From a virus (lineage: Duplodnaviria; Caudoviricetes), in IMG/VR virus record IMGVR_UViG_3300037461_000559, positions 1-59,888 of that record: a stretch of DNA of 59,888 nucleotides. One strand, 5' to 3'. A program made the position numbers and the translations under genes. Position 1 is the stretch's first letter. The number at the start of each line of letters is the position of its first letter. This document shows, piece after piece, positions 47,486-55,434 of the stretch. The notes beneath the pieces are model-generated. The model was given only the letters and a program-made list of their open reading frames with translations. It was not told the origin of the DNA and made no database searches.

Positions 47486-47587
47486 TTAATGACACGCTCT
47501 AAAAATGAGCATGGCCAGCCCCACGTTGATAAGCACAACCACCACAACGGCCACGATAATCGCCACGTCTAAATGCTGTACGCGCAT
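47486..47587 (-). CDS. Tiny membrane peptide (33 aa)
   Basis: TGATG coupling; one hydrophobic helix. Confidence 0.45.
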   Translation of the reverse strand: MRVQHLDVAIIVAVVVVVLINVGLAMLIFRACH

Positions 47588-47901
47588 CACACCCCGCCTT
47601 TCTCGCCCAGGGCAGAGCGGATTGCAATTAAAGCATGGCCAGCGATTGTATCCGGGTCGGTGTACTTTTCTACGCCCGGCCATCTCCCCAACCATTCCCT
47701 CAACGGCTCGGCATCCGGCACCTGCTCCGGTATCTCCACGCCGAATAGGGTGCCGAGCGTCATAAGGATTGAACGCAGATCATACAATCTATTATTCTCG
47801 TACCACACCGCATCCGAGGATACCAACCCAGCGTACCTGGATATTTCATTGGCTTTAATCTCTTTTTCTACCGCATCAATCAACTTCTGCCGCAGGTTCA
47901 T
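47587..47901 (-). CDS. Hypothetical protein
   Basis: AGGAGGCCCGGCCATG start. Confidence 0.7.
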   Translation of the reverse strand: MNLRQKLIDAVEKEIKANEISRYAGLVSSDAVWYENNRLYDLRSILMTLGTLFGVEIPEQVPDAEPLREWLGRWPGVEKYTDPDTIAGHALIAIRSALGEKGGV

Positions 47902-48137
47902 GGCCGGGCCTCCTCGATTCCCCAATTCCATTTCCCTTCACTCGTTTTGAACGGGATGGCAATATGTTTCCCACCGTTCAACTCAATGTGTTTCCCCTCC
48001 ATATTGTAGCCAAGGGATTCAGCATACTCTAACCAACATTCCAGCCAGCCCTTCGACTGCAACTCTGGCACCTGATGGCCGTCAATACACGCGCCCATGT
48101 TTCCATTCCCAAAAGCACTATAAAATTCTCTCGTCAT
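47898..48137 (-). CDS. Hypothetical protein
   Basis: AGGAGGCCCGGCCATG start; ATGA overlap. Confidence 0.7.
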   Translation of the reverse strand: MTREFYSAFGNGNMGACIDGHQVPELQSKGWLECWLEYAESLGYNMEGKHIELNGGKHIAIPFKTSEGKWNWGIEEARP

Positions 48138-48150
48138 GGCCGGGCCTCCT

Positions 48151-48318
48151 TTATTTAGCAAGGATTATCATGGCGGCTATTGTGATGCCGACAAAGATTC
48201 CCGCCAAGATGCCGAAAAACATTCCGACACGGTATCCGTGCGCCCATCCTTTATCCCACGCCTCAAACCGTATCGCGGATGTGTAATGCCAGATTTGGTT
48301 ATCTATCTCTACATTCAT
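48151..48318 (-). CDS. Small membrane protein
   Basis: C-terminal TM helix; AAGGA RBS. Confidence 0.6.
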   Translation of the reverse strand: MNVEIDNQIWHYTSAIRFEAWDKGWAHGYRVGMFFGILAGIFVGITIAAMIILAK

Positions 48319-48328
48319 GGCCGCTTCC

Positions 48329-48715
48329 TTACTCGATGCCCAGCGCATCGGCCAGGCGGTCTAGCGCGGCATCGTCATACAGTTTGAACCCGGACGCCGC
48401 AAGGCAAAGTGTTTTTGGTATTCGGCATATAGGGCATCCATCCCCAATATCACAATGCTGCAACGCTGCCCGCGCTGCCCTTAATCGCCTAGCGTCAGCA
48501 TGGTCCCGCTTCAAGAACGCTTCCCTGCCGTGATCGTAATAATCAAGAAATTCATCATCAAAACACGAATGCCAGTAAGCGTGTTCGCACGCTTGATTGG
48601 TGCAGGTATTGGCGTAGTCCTTATCCAGATCAAGGCCACTCCGCTCTATAACGGGATAGCCACAGGACTTGCAGATACCGTCCAACCAAATCCCGCTGGC
48701 TTTTTGTTTTTCCAC
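48329..48715 (-). CDS. Cys-rich hypothetical protein
   Basis: GTG start after G-rich RBS; CKSC, CPIC. Confidence 0.6.
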   Translation of the reverse strand: MEKQKASGIWLDGICKSCGYPVIERSGLDLDKDYANTCTNQACEHAYWHSCFDDEFLDYYDHGREAFLKRDHADARRLRAARAALQHCDIGDGCPICRIPKTLCLAASGFKLYDDAALDRLADALGIE

Positions 48716-48729
48716 TTCCCACCCCCTAC

Positions 48730-48945
48730 TCAAACCTGCACGCCTTCTGGATATTTTGGTTCCAGTGGACGATAGGTCGCACTTGCAGTTTTCCCACAAG
48801 ACTTGCATACCATCTTTGGTACTACGTTGTGGTGAAAGTTAGTATCATCGTACCCGGAGGCCTCCTCAGTATGGCCACAGTGTTCGCATTCGTAAATCGC
48901 GTAAAAATCCCGTCTGGACTGTGAAGTGATTTCTTTGATACGCAT
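48730..48945 (-). CDS. Zinc-ribbon hypothetical protein
   Basis: YECEHCG..CKSCG; AAGGAG RBS. Confidence 0.8.
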   Translation of the reverse strand: MRIKEITSQSRRDFYAIYECEHCGHTEEASGYDDTNFHHNVVPKMVCKSCGKTASATYRPLEPKYPEGVQV

Positions 48946-48972
48946 TATTTACTCCTTGTTAATCACTGTTAA

Positions 48973-49248
48973 TCATTCCCGCGCCCCACCCCTGCGCGGG
49001 CTTGACGGGCTAACCTGGGCACTCCCCGCCATCCCTATCATTCCGTTGGCAACAACATCGGCGGCATCGGTCACGGTCTCCCGTGCCATGCAGAACAAAG
49101 CCCGACAGAAACGTGGCACTATTCCTGGGAATGCGAATAGGCAGTGTAACCACCAGCCCCGTCTTTGCCGATTGCTTGCAAGTGCCTCACCGTGCAGGAA
49201 TCCACGCACGGCTAAACCAAGTCCACCAACGGGGAACACTGAAATCAT
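48973..49248 (-). CDS. Hypothetical protein
   Basis: ATGA overlap with upstream gene only. Confidence 0.35.
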   Translation of the reverse strand: MISVFPVGGLGLAVRGFLHGEALASNRQRRGWWLHCLFAFPGIVPRFCRALFCMARETVTDAADVVANGMIGMAGSAQVSPSSPRRGGARE

Positions 49249-49571
49249 AGCACGGCCTCGGGCCAATTATTCGGGCCGTCATATTGGTCAACTGAACGGC
49301 AAAACCGGAGCAAACAGCATTCAGAGCAAGCGCACTGCTCACAATACAAACGCAACGTATTCCAGGCCATGACCGCAGCCCGGTCGCTGATTTGTAGGGC
49401 AATATACCGATTGACTTTGGATGGATCGTATATGTAAGTTCCATCCGCATATTGGGCGATCATCCTAGAGTGTAAATGTTCCAGACAGGATGGATGATAT
49501 TCTTGCCCAATAATATGCCATATCTGAAATTCTGCTTTTTCTTCGCACTCGGGCCAGCTGCAACGTGTCAT
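49245..49571 (-). CDS. Cys-rich hypothetical protein
   Basis: CSWPEC, CEQC; ATGA overlap. Confidence 0.65.
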   Translation of the reverse strand: MTRCSWPECEEKAEFQIWHIIGQEYHPSCLEHLHSRMIAQYADGTYIYDPSKVNRYIALQISDRAAVMAWNTLRLYCEQCACSECCLLRFCRSVDQYDGPNNWPEAVL

Positions 49572-49768
49572 AGCGTTACCTCTGCCAGCAGCACCACTTG
49601 GACCGTTGCAATCTTCGTTCCCGCCGTGATGTGGCCAGTAAAATCCTTCACTCGGGGATTATTGAAAGTGTACTCACGGCCATGTAGCATCGTGGTCATG
49701 GATTTCACATGACCACGTTTGTCTAACTTGACCGTAATGCCCCCGGTTTCCTCAACCTTATTCCGCAT
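49568..49768 (-). CDS. Hypothetical protein
   Basis: GGAG RBS; ATG at 49768. Confidence 0.55.
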   Translation of the reverse strand: MRNKVEETGGITVKLDKRGHVKSMTTMLHGREYTFNNPRVKDFTGHITAGTKIATVQVVLLAEVTL

Positions 49769-50225
49769 TTTTCTCCACCCTTCCCGTGCCCTCGCACGTT
49801 TCGCACGGCACCGTGCCATCCTCACAGTCGCACGGCTGCTCACCACGGCCACCACAATACGAACACGAACCCTCTACCGGCCCGGATGTGGCGATCCCCG
49901 TGCCCGTACACGCCGAACACCCCGCCATGCCCCGGCCCTCGCAGACCGGGCACTCAACAGAACCATCCCCTTTGCAATCAGGGCACGGGTTTGTGGTCAG
50001 GTCCAGGTACGCGGCCTCGGCCTCATGCACCTGATCCTCTGCCTCTGCTGCCTGTTTCTGCCGCCACCGGGCCGCGTCCAGGTATTGCTCCCACGGCTTA
50101 CCAGCCGCCCGCAGATCCCCTATCTTTTGCCACAATGCGATTGACCGCTGCGCCTGGGCATGGGCATGGTTGCGCCGGTTGTTCAATTCCGCTTCCAGGG
50201 ACCGGATGATGGGGTTGACGGGCAT
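49758..50225 (-). CDS. DnaJ-type zinc-finger (CxxCxGxG repeat) protein
   Basis: CPDCKGDG, CPVCEGRG, CSACTGTG, CSYCGGRG, CETCEGTG. Confidence 0.8.
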   Translation of the reverse strand: MPVNPIIRSLEAELNNRRNHAHAQAQRSIALWQKIGDLRAAGKPWEQYLDAARWRQKQAAEAEDQVHEAEAAYLDLTTNPCPDCKGDGSVECPVCEGRGMAGCSACTGTGIATSGPVEGSCSYCGGRGEQPCDCEDGTVPCETCEGTGRVEKNAE

Positions 50226-50228
50226 GGC

Positions 50229-50468
50229 CTACCCCCTTTTCTTAAAAAATGTCTTGACCCGCGAGAATAGGGTGGGTTTGAACCCGTGGCATTTGTTAAA
50301 CATATTCCATACTTTGCAATCTACCATAGCAAAGCCGTGACGGATAGGGGTAACAACTTCGGATTGAAATTCCGGATTAGCGCAGCCGTGGAATAGTACG
50401 CGATATCCCCTCGCAAAAAGATTAGGAGCACAATAATGAACGCAATCCTCGCAAAATACTTTGCTCAT
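50229..50468 (-). CDS. Cys-rich hypothetical protein
   Basis: CEDCVHYC; RBS. Confidence 0.7.
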   Translation of the reverse strand: MSKVFCEDCVHYCAPNLFARGYRVLFHGCANPEFQSEVVTPIRHGFAMVDCKVWNMFNKCHGFKPTLFSRVKTFFKKRG

Positions 50469-50481
50469 ACTTGGCCCCCTT

Positions 50482-50958
50482 CTAATCCTCTTTGATCACC
50501 ATTCCGAAAGGCGGGGTGCCGGCCGCTATGCTTTCCCAGTGGGCTTCCACTTCGGGATGGGCTTCGGTTTCTCTTGCAAGCCGTTCCTTGGCTTGTTCAA
50601 CAAGCCAATCCATTGTGTCTTTGGAAATGGTATTGGAAAAATGGTTCTCATATTGCGGGTACAACGCATCGTGGTACTTCAAAAGACGCGCTGGCCCGTC
50701 TAAACTAATCCAATGCCTGATAAATTCCCACATGACCGCGCCGGCCTGGAACCCCGTGATACCGGCCTGGGGAAACTTGTTTGCGGCCCACGTTGCCGCA
50801 ATCGCTGATGCAGCCAGCGCGTGACAGATCGTGCCGTAGTCATGGACGTATTCCGTGAGAATGCGGGTCATAAACTCCGGCAACTTTTCCAGGGTCATGT
50901 TCCTGGCTTCCGCGTACCATTGTTCGTGAACCTTATCCTGCTCTGTGATGGGCTGCAT
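50482..50958 (-). CDS. Hypothetical phage protein
   Basis: GGGAG RBS; HDYGTICHA..GITGFQAG. Confidence 0.8.
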   Translation of the reverse strand: MQPITEQDKVHEQWYAEARNMTLEKLPEFMTRILTEYVHDYGTICHALAASAIAATWAANKFPQAGITGFQAGAVMWEFIRHWISLDGPARLLKYHDALYPQYENHFSNTISKDTMDWLVEQAKERLARETEAHPEVEAHWESIAAGTPPFGMVIKED

Positions 50959-50973
50959 GATCGTTACTCCCTT

Positions 50974-51162
50974 CTAATCTTTCATATAGCCCCAGGTAAG
51001 ATCGTCTGGGGGATCACCTAATTCTTTTTTAAGGGCCTCTATTTTCTTTTCTGCCTCTGGTGGTATGGAAAAACCACCAACATCACTATGCCCGCTTGCG
51101 TTCCACCGTGGATCTTCTTTAGATGAAATCCACCAAGACCCTTCACGCAAACCGAACATCAT
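50974..51162 (-). CDS. Hypothetical protein (62 aa)
   Basis: TAATG coupling. Confidence 0.7.
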   Translation of the reverse strand: MMFGLREGSWWISSKEDPRWNASGHSDVGGFSIPPEAEKKIEALKKELGDPPDDLTWGYMKD

Positions 51163-51410
51163 TAAATTACGCCCCCTTCATAACTGCCCTCTGTTCTCTG
51201 GCAACTTGGGCAATAAATCTTGGGCTCCGCAAAACCGTATTGCGGCCCCCATACCATTTTCCATTTTGCTGCCGCAATCGCCTGGGGCACAACTTTTTCC
51301 AATCCATCCCGATCACCCCAGGCCCAGTGTACCCGCACAAACAGTTCCTTTCCGCATTGGGTGCATACCAGTTTCACGGCCAACGGGATGGATACCGCTG
51401 GGGTAGGCAT
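51162..51410 (-). CDS. Zinc-ribbon hypothetical protein
   Basis: CTQC, CPSC. Confidence 0.65.
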   Translation of the reverse strand: MPTPAVSIPLAVKLVCTQCGKELFVRVHWAWGDRDGLEKVVPQAIAAAKWKMVWGPQYGFAEPKIYCPSCQRTEGSYEGGVI

Positions 51411-51414
51411 AACC

Positions 51415-51630
51415 CTAAACTTCCATTTCCCCGACCAGAACCGCGCTTACCCTGGCAAGGGGCTCACCTGCGGTAACGCTGCCGCCTAGATCCCTAAATA
51501 CTGGAAGATGGATCACATACCTATGCCCGGTTGGCGCGGGAAATTCATTGTCAACCAAGGCAATCTGCGTCACCTCGCCTGTCTTTTTGTCCAGTTTGAT
51601 GCCAGAAGGATCAAGGTATAGATCGCCCAT
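51415..51630 (-). CDS. Hypothetical protein
   Basis: Immediately after the TROVE-like gene. Confidence 0.65.
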   Translation of the reverse strand: MGDLYLDPSGIKLDKKTGEVTQIALVDNEFPAPTGHRYVIHLPVFRDLGGSVTAGEPLARVSAVLVGEMEV

Positions 51631-51631
51631 G

Positions 51632-53083
51632 TTATTTCACCACCGAATACCGGGGGCTGTTCAACACTTCCAGCATCAGGGAATACGGGGTCACGGATTC
51701 GCAGTTCATGGCGTACTTCAAGATGCTGGGGGAGCAGCCGGATACCAGATAGGTGCCCTGCTCATCCCGCGTGACGGGTTGATCTTCCCCGGCCCGCACG
51801 TTCCAGAATACCAGTTTGGGCATGGTGTAACCGGCCTGGGCATATTTGGCCGCGATCACCTGGAAATTGGTACGGTGCCGGCAACACCCGTCAAATTGCA
51901 TATCCGAAATAATATAGATTTTCCGGGGCAGTTCTTCATCCGGCACGTTGTTCCGCTGCGCCGTGAACAAAATCAGGTCGAACACCGCTTGCAGATCCGT
52001 GTTCATTTCCCAGCCAGCCCGGCCCATGTGTTGCAAGACTTGCCACAGCGACCCGTCCGGAATGCGCACCAACTGCGGTCGGCTGGAAAACGTGATGAAG
52101 TACCCGCCAAACCGCCCCTTGTTCCGCTGCGCGAAATACAGGCCCAGGGACAGAGCCACCGTGATAGGAACCACGTCCTTAGGGCCATGGCCACTCATCA
52201 TGGACCCGGAAGTATCCACCACGGCAATCGAATTCTCCGGATCCGTGCAGTATTCCGGTAGATTCTGCCAAAGGGCTTCCAACGTCCGCTGGCCAGGATC
52301 GTCCGCACGGTTTGCCAAGACTTCCCGCACGATTTCATACGGGAAAATGGTGCCGGCATTGATCTTTTCTTTGCCCGCTGCGACATTTTCCAGGTATTCG
52401 GAATACCGTACCCCGTCATGCCGGCAAAACGCATCCTTGTAAATGCGCGCGGCCTGGGACGGTACGGCCGAATACCGAATATCCTCATACCGCTTTTCGG
52501 TCAGCGCGGTTTCCACCAGGCGCAGCCGTTTCCGCCGGTCGGAAAGCAACCGCCGGTAGTCCTTCATGGAAAGGCCCATGTATTTGGCCAGGGCCCGGGC
52601 CCGGGCGCGCGTAACCTTGGACGAAGCGTTTTCAGACGGGCACCACTTGGCCACCAGGGAATCCGTATCATCTTTTAGATCCCCCGCAATCATCCCCCAA
52701 ATAAGATTGTCGATCCCCTTGCCCAGAAGGCAGAAAAGATCGTCCCACCGGCCGTATTCCGGAATGTACGGGAGGATCCGTTTCAGAGCCGCTTCCCCGT
52801 ATTCTTCCAAAATCTGGCACAGCAGATGCCGGAATATGGCGCGCTCCCCCTGGCCCCCGCGAATATCGCGGCAATAGCACAGGGCCCGCAAAGTCAAGGT
52901 GGAATCTTCCAGGTAGGCACGCCGGAAAAGCATCTCCGCCGTATCAGTGTTTCCCCGCAACGCACCGGATTTGGAGAAGAAATCCAACACGGAGGATTCC
53001 GTGGTGGCATGGCTCAAGGCCATGTTTTCAGTGAAAGCCACGTTCGATTCGTGCGCAATTTGGTCCATGAAAGAGTTTCCCAT
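51632..53083 (-). CDS. TROVE/Ro60-like protein with vWA domain (DUF2828-type)
   Basis: TENMA, RDIRGGQGER, YGRWDDL, AKWCPSE, VPSQA; MIDAS VVDTSGSM; IISDMQFD; FWNV; VSGCSP. Confidence 0.88.
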   Translation of the reverse strand: MGNSFMDQIAHESNVAFTENMALSHATTESSVLDFFSKSGALRGNTDTAEMLFRRAYLEDSTLTLRALCYCRDIRGGQGERAIFRHLLCQILEEYGEAALKRILPYIPEYGRWDDLFCLLGKGIDNLIWGMIAGDLKDDTDSLVAKWCPSENASSKVTRARARALAKYMGLSMKDYRRLLSDRRKRLRLVETALTEKRYEDIRYSAVPSQAARIYKDAFCRHDGVRYSEYLENVAAGKEKINAGTIFPYEIVREVLANRADDPGQRTLEALWQNLPEYCTDPENSIAVVDTSGSMMSGHGPKDVVPITVALSLGLYFAQRNKGRFGGYFITFSSRPQLVRIPDGSLWQVLQHMGRAGWEMNTDLQAVFDLILFTAQRNNVPDEELPRKIYIISDMQFDGCCRHRTNFQVIAAKYAQAGYTMPKLVFWNVRAGEDQPVTRDEQGTYLVSGCSPSILKYAMNCESVTPYSLMLEVLNSPRYSVVK

Positions 53084-53148
53084 TTCCGTTTCCTTTCCTA
53101 TTTGGTTATGACAGGTATTAGGGGGAATGCGGGGTATTGATTAAAAAC

Positions 53149-53262
53149 TAGGCCCGTTTGTTTTTCTTCCGATAAGAAAAGTTTTGGTTGCTGTTAGGGC
53201 CTATGTACGCGGCACGTTGTTTTGGGTTTTCAAATCCAAATTTTTGTTGCTGTTAGTGCCGC
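53149..53262 (-). ncRNA. Two tandem structured RNA units sharing TAACAGCAAC in the leader of the TROVE-like gene
   Basis: Units 53209-53262 and 53149-53203; different 7-bp closing stems, same internal motif, inner hairpin. Confidence 0.65.
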
Positions 53263-53273
53263 TAACACTTTTT

Positions 53274-53301
53274 ATTATACCCCACTATTCCCCGTTGTCA
53301 A
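53274..53301 (-). promoter_or_regulatory. Consensus promoter TTGACA-16-TATAAT
   Basis: tgtcaa at 53296-53301 and attata at 53274-53279. Confidence 0.85.
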
Positions 53302-53320
53302 TACCCCCTTCAAAAAATTC

Positions 53321-53635
53321 CTACTTTTTTTCTACCAGGCCTTCCTGCTGGATTGCCGCGTCAATGATCTCAATCAGCATAGGCGTTATCGAAACTTTGA
53401 CGGCCTGGAACCCGCAACCATTGGCGGTCATGGGCCACCAAACGGTATAGGCATTGTGAGCACGGGCCTTTATCCCGCAAAGTATCTTCTCCGACAGGGC
53501 ATCCGCCTGGCCATCCGTGCATTCGTATTTCTGGATCTTCACGGCGAAAATCACGGATGCCGCGAATACGGTCCAGTGGCCCATGATGGATGCAGCCAGG
53601 CCAGGAAGCCAATACCCGATGAAACGCCAAAACAT
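53321..53635 (-). CDS. Hypothetical protein with hydrophobic N-terminus
   Basis: AAGGGG RBS before ATG 53635. Confidence 0.55.
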   Translation of the reverse strand: MFWRFIGYWLPGLAASIMGHWTVFAASVIFAVKIQKYECTDGQADALSEKILCGIKARAHNAYTVWWPMTANGCGFQAVKVSITPMLIEIIDAAIQQEGLVEKK

Positions 53636-53639
53636 GATC

Positions 53640-53816
53640 TTACCCCTTTCCTGCGGTACGGGCTTGGATCCCCTCTTTGGTGAGCCGGGCAATCATGTTT
53701 GACACCGGCCGATCCTCTGCCTGGGCCATGGCCTGTACCATGGCCATGGTGTCTGGGGGCAGGTATAAAGTAACCTGCGCCATATCCCCTTTGTCCTTCT
53801 TCTTTCGGCTTTTCAT
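53640..53816 (-). CDS. Ribbon-helix-helix (Arc/CopG-like) DNA-binding protein, 58 aa (below ORF-track cutoff)
   Basis: Hand translation MKSRKKKDKGDMAQVTLYLPPDTMAMVQAMAQAEDRPVSNMIARLTKEGIQARTAGKG. Confidence 0.7.
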   Translation of the reverse strand: MKSRKKKDKGDMAQVTLYLPPDTMAMVQAMAQAEDRPVSNMIARLTKEGIQARTAGKG

Positions 53817-54274
53817 AGGGCACCTACCTTCTTTGTCGGGAATGAAATTGCTTCTTCTTCATCAATTAAAGACACATGGATTCTCCACTTGGAAGAACCC
53901 ACGGCCGGCAAGATTTCCCAAAGTAAATACCCGGCTGCGAATTCCACCGCCCCAGCGGAGCAACACGGATCCTGGCGCGTGGGCTGGGCTTCACGGATTG
54001 CTTCCCACAATGCCCGCTGGCTATCGCAAACGATCCTGGCCCCTTGCGTCATTTCAAGCGGGGTATGCAAATTGAGCCGAATATCTCGATACATTTCATG
54101 GAATAAAACGGCCATTTCCGGGGTGGAATCCCCCAATAACTGCAACGAAATCCGTTGCGTGGCATCCCCGGTAATGGCCAGATACCGGCGCAACGCCGTG
54201 ATCGGGCCCTGGGACCAGATAAGGCAAACTGGCTCCCCAGGTTTGCCTACCGTAACAATGTACGGCCTTCTCAT
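53813..54274 (-). CDS. Hypothetical protein
   Basis: ATGA overlaps on both sides. Confidence 0.65.
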   Translation of the reverse strand: MRRPYIVTVGKPGEPVCLIWSQGPITALRRYLAITGDATQRISLQLLGDSTPEMAVLFHEMYRDIRLNLHTPLEMTQGARIVCDSQRALWEAIREAQPTRQDPCCSAGAVEFAAGYLLWEILPAVGSSKWRIHVSLIDEEEAISFPTKKVGAL

Positions 54275-54627
54275 TGGGGCACCGTGCCTTCTGGAATATC
54301 CGGAGTAAGCGGAGTTTGCTTCGGATCCTTGATCTCCAATTTGGATTGCAGTTTGCACAACCCCAGGGCTGCCATTCCAATGGGCAATTCCATCGCTGGG
54401 GGCAAATTAGGTACTTGGAGTATTTCCCCCAGACAGGAAATGGCCGCAGCCAAAAGATCCGGAACAGATGCCGTTGCGGAAATGAGGATGTTGCCTTGGG
54501 GGCCGGGCTCTATGATATGAACGACAATCCCCTTCTCCGGCTCCGCATTTTGGATCATTTCAATGGCCTTGGCTTTCTGTACTTCCCGTAATTCGGGAGT
54601 GGTTGCCATGTTAATAGGTTCGCTCAT
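54271..54627 (-). CDS. Hypothetical protein
   Basis: ATGA overlap; AAGGA RBS. Confidence 0.7.
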   Translation of the reverse strand: MSEPINMATTPELREVQKAKAIEMIQNAEPEKGIVVHIIEPGPQGNILISATASVPDLLAAAISCLGEILQVPNLPPAMELPIGMAALGLCKLQSKLEIKDPKQTPLTPDIPEGTVPQ

Positions 54628-54854
54628 CGAATGCTTCCGTCCTTTCGCAAATATCCGCCTTCTGTAAGAATTGCCCAGAAATCCCGCGTGCCCGTGGTGA
54701 CAGATGCCGACCCGGTATAAGTCACCGTGCCGTACAGACGCACGGGCTCGGCCCACCGCACCTTGCCAATCAAAATCATGTTGGCGGCAACGGGGGCTGC
54801 TTCATCTTCTTTTAAGAATTCTCTTACGGCGGTTGGATTAGTAGGAAATGGCAC
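54624..54854 (-). CDS. Hypothetical protein
   Basis: First ORF after the promoter at 54894-54923. Confidence 0.65.
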   Translation of the reverse strand: MPFPTNPTAVREFLKEDEAAPVAANMILIGKVRWAEPVRLYGTVTYTGSASVTTGTRDFWAILTEGGYLRKDGSIR

Positions 54855-54893
54855 CGTGCATCACCCCTTTACCGTTTCTCGTTTCTACCATGT

Positions 54894-54923
54894 ACTGTAT
54901 CATAACTTTTGGCCCCTTGTCAA
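54894..54923 (-). promoter_or_regulatory. Promoter TTGACA-18-TACAGT (extended -10)
   Basis: tgtcaa at 54918-54923 and actgta at 54894-54899. Confidence 0.65.
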
Positions 54924-55035
54924 GCATTATTTCCAAAATTTTCGCGTGAACCGATCCCCCCACGATAAAAAGAATTTTGCACCCCCCCTTTCAGAATTTT
55001 TACCACCTTGTTACTTTTTTCTGTACGCATGGCCG

Positions 55036-55215
55036 TCACCCTTTTGGGATAAAGACCACCGCCCCGTTCCGGATTTCCAGGGCAACCATCGGCTTTTCCT
55101 GGTTGCCCTCTGCATCCCGGGAAAGGATGATCTCTTTTTCCTCAAGCCCCATGGACGTGATCAACTTGACCAACGTGGCCCCTGTGACTTTGCCGATCAG
55201 ATCAAATGCTTGCAT
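55036..55215 (-). CDS. Small hypothetical protein
   Basis: GGGGTG RBS before ATG 55215; ILSRDAEGN. Confidence 0.55.
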   Translation of the reverse strand: MQAFDLIGKVTGATLVKLITSMGLEEKEIILSRDAEGNQEKPMVALEIRNGAVVFIPKG

Positions 55216-55315
55216 GGCTTGCCACCCCGTTTCTAAAATTTGGTGAACCTTTTGCAGAACCCGCAGCACCCCGCGCGCCTGGCTTTCCCCCTTTCCGCCG
55301 GCTCGGCCGGCCCCA

Positions 55316-55358
55316 AAAATAATTTCTGGTACATGAATTCCCCGACAATATGGCCACC
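55316..55358. repeat. 43-bp element, copy 1 (copy 2 at 59361-59403)
   Basis: AAAATAATTTCT-N5-ATGAATTCCCCGACAATATGGCCACC. Confidence 0.92.
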
Positions 55359-55383
55359 CTGACACCCCTGGAATATGCGGTAG

Positions 55384-55425
55384 TTATCCACAGGCCCGGG
55401 CCCTCTGTGAAAATCCTGTGAATAA
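55384..55425. promoter_or_regulatory. Inverted pair of DnaA-box-like sites
   Basis: TTATCCACA at 55384-55392; TGTGAATAA (reverse complement TTATTCACA) at 55417-55425. Confidence 0.5.
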
Positions 55426-55434
55426 CTTTGCAAG

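Noticed and set aside
53149-53262. tRNA genes or exact anticodon-arm mimics
   Set aside because: No D or T arms. One inner loop contains TTGAAAA, but stem register and the U33 rule do not fit cleanly in both units, so mimicry is not claimed
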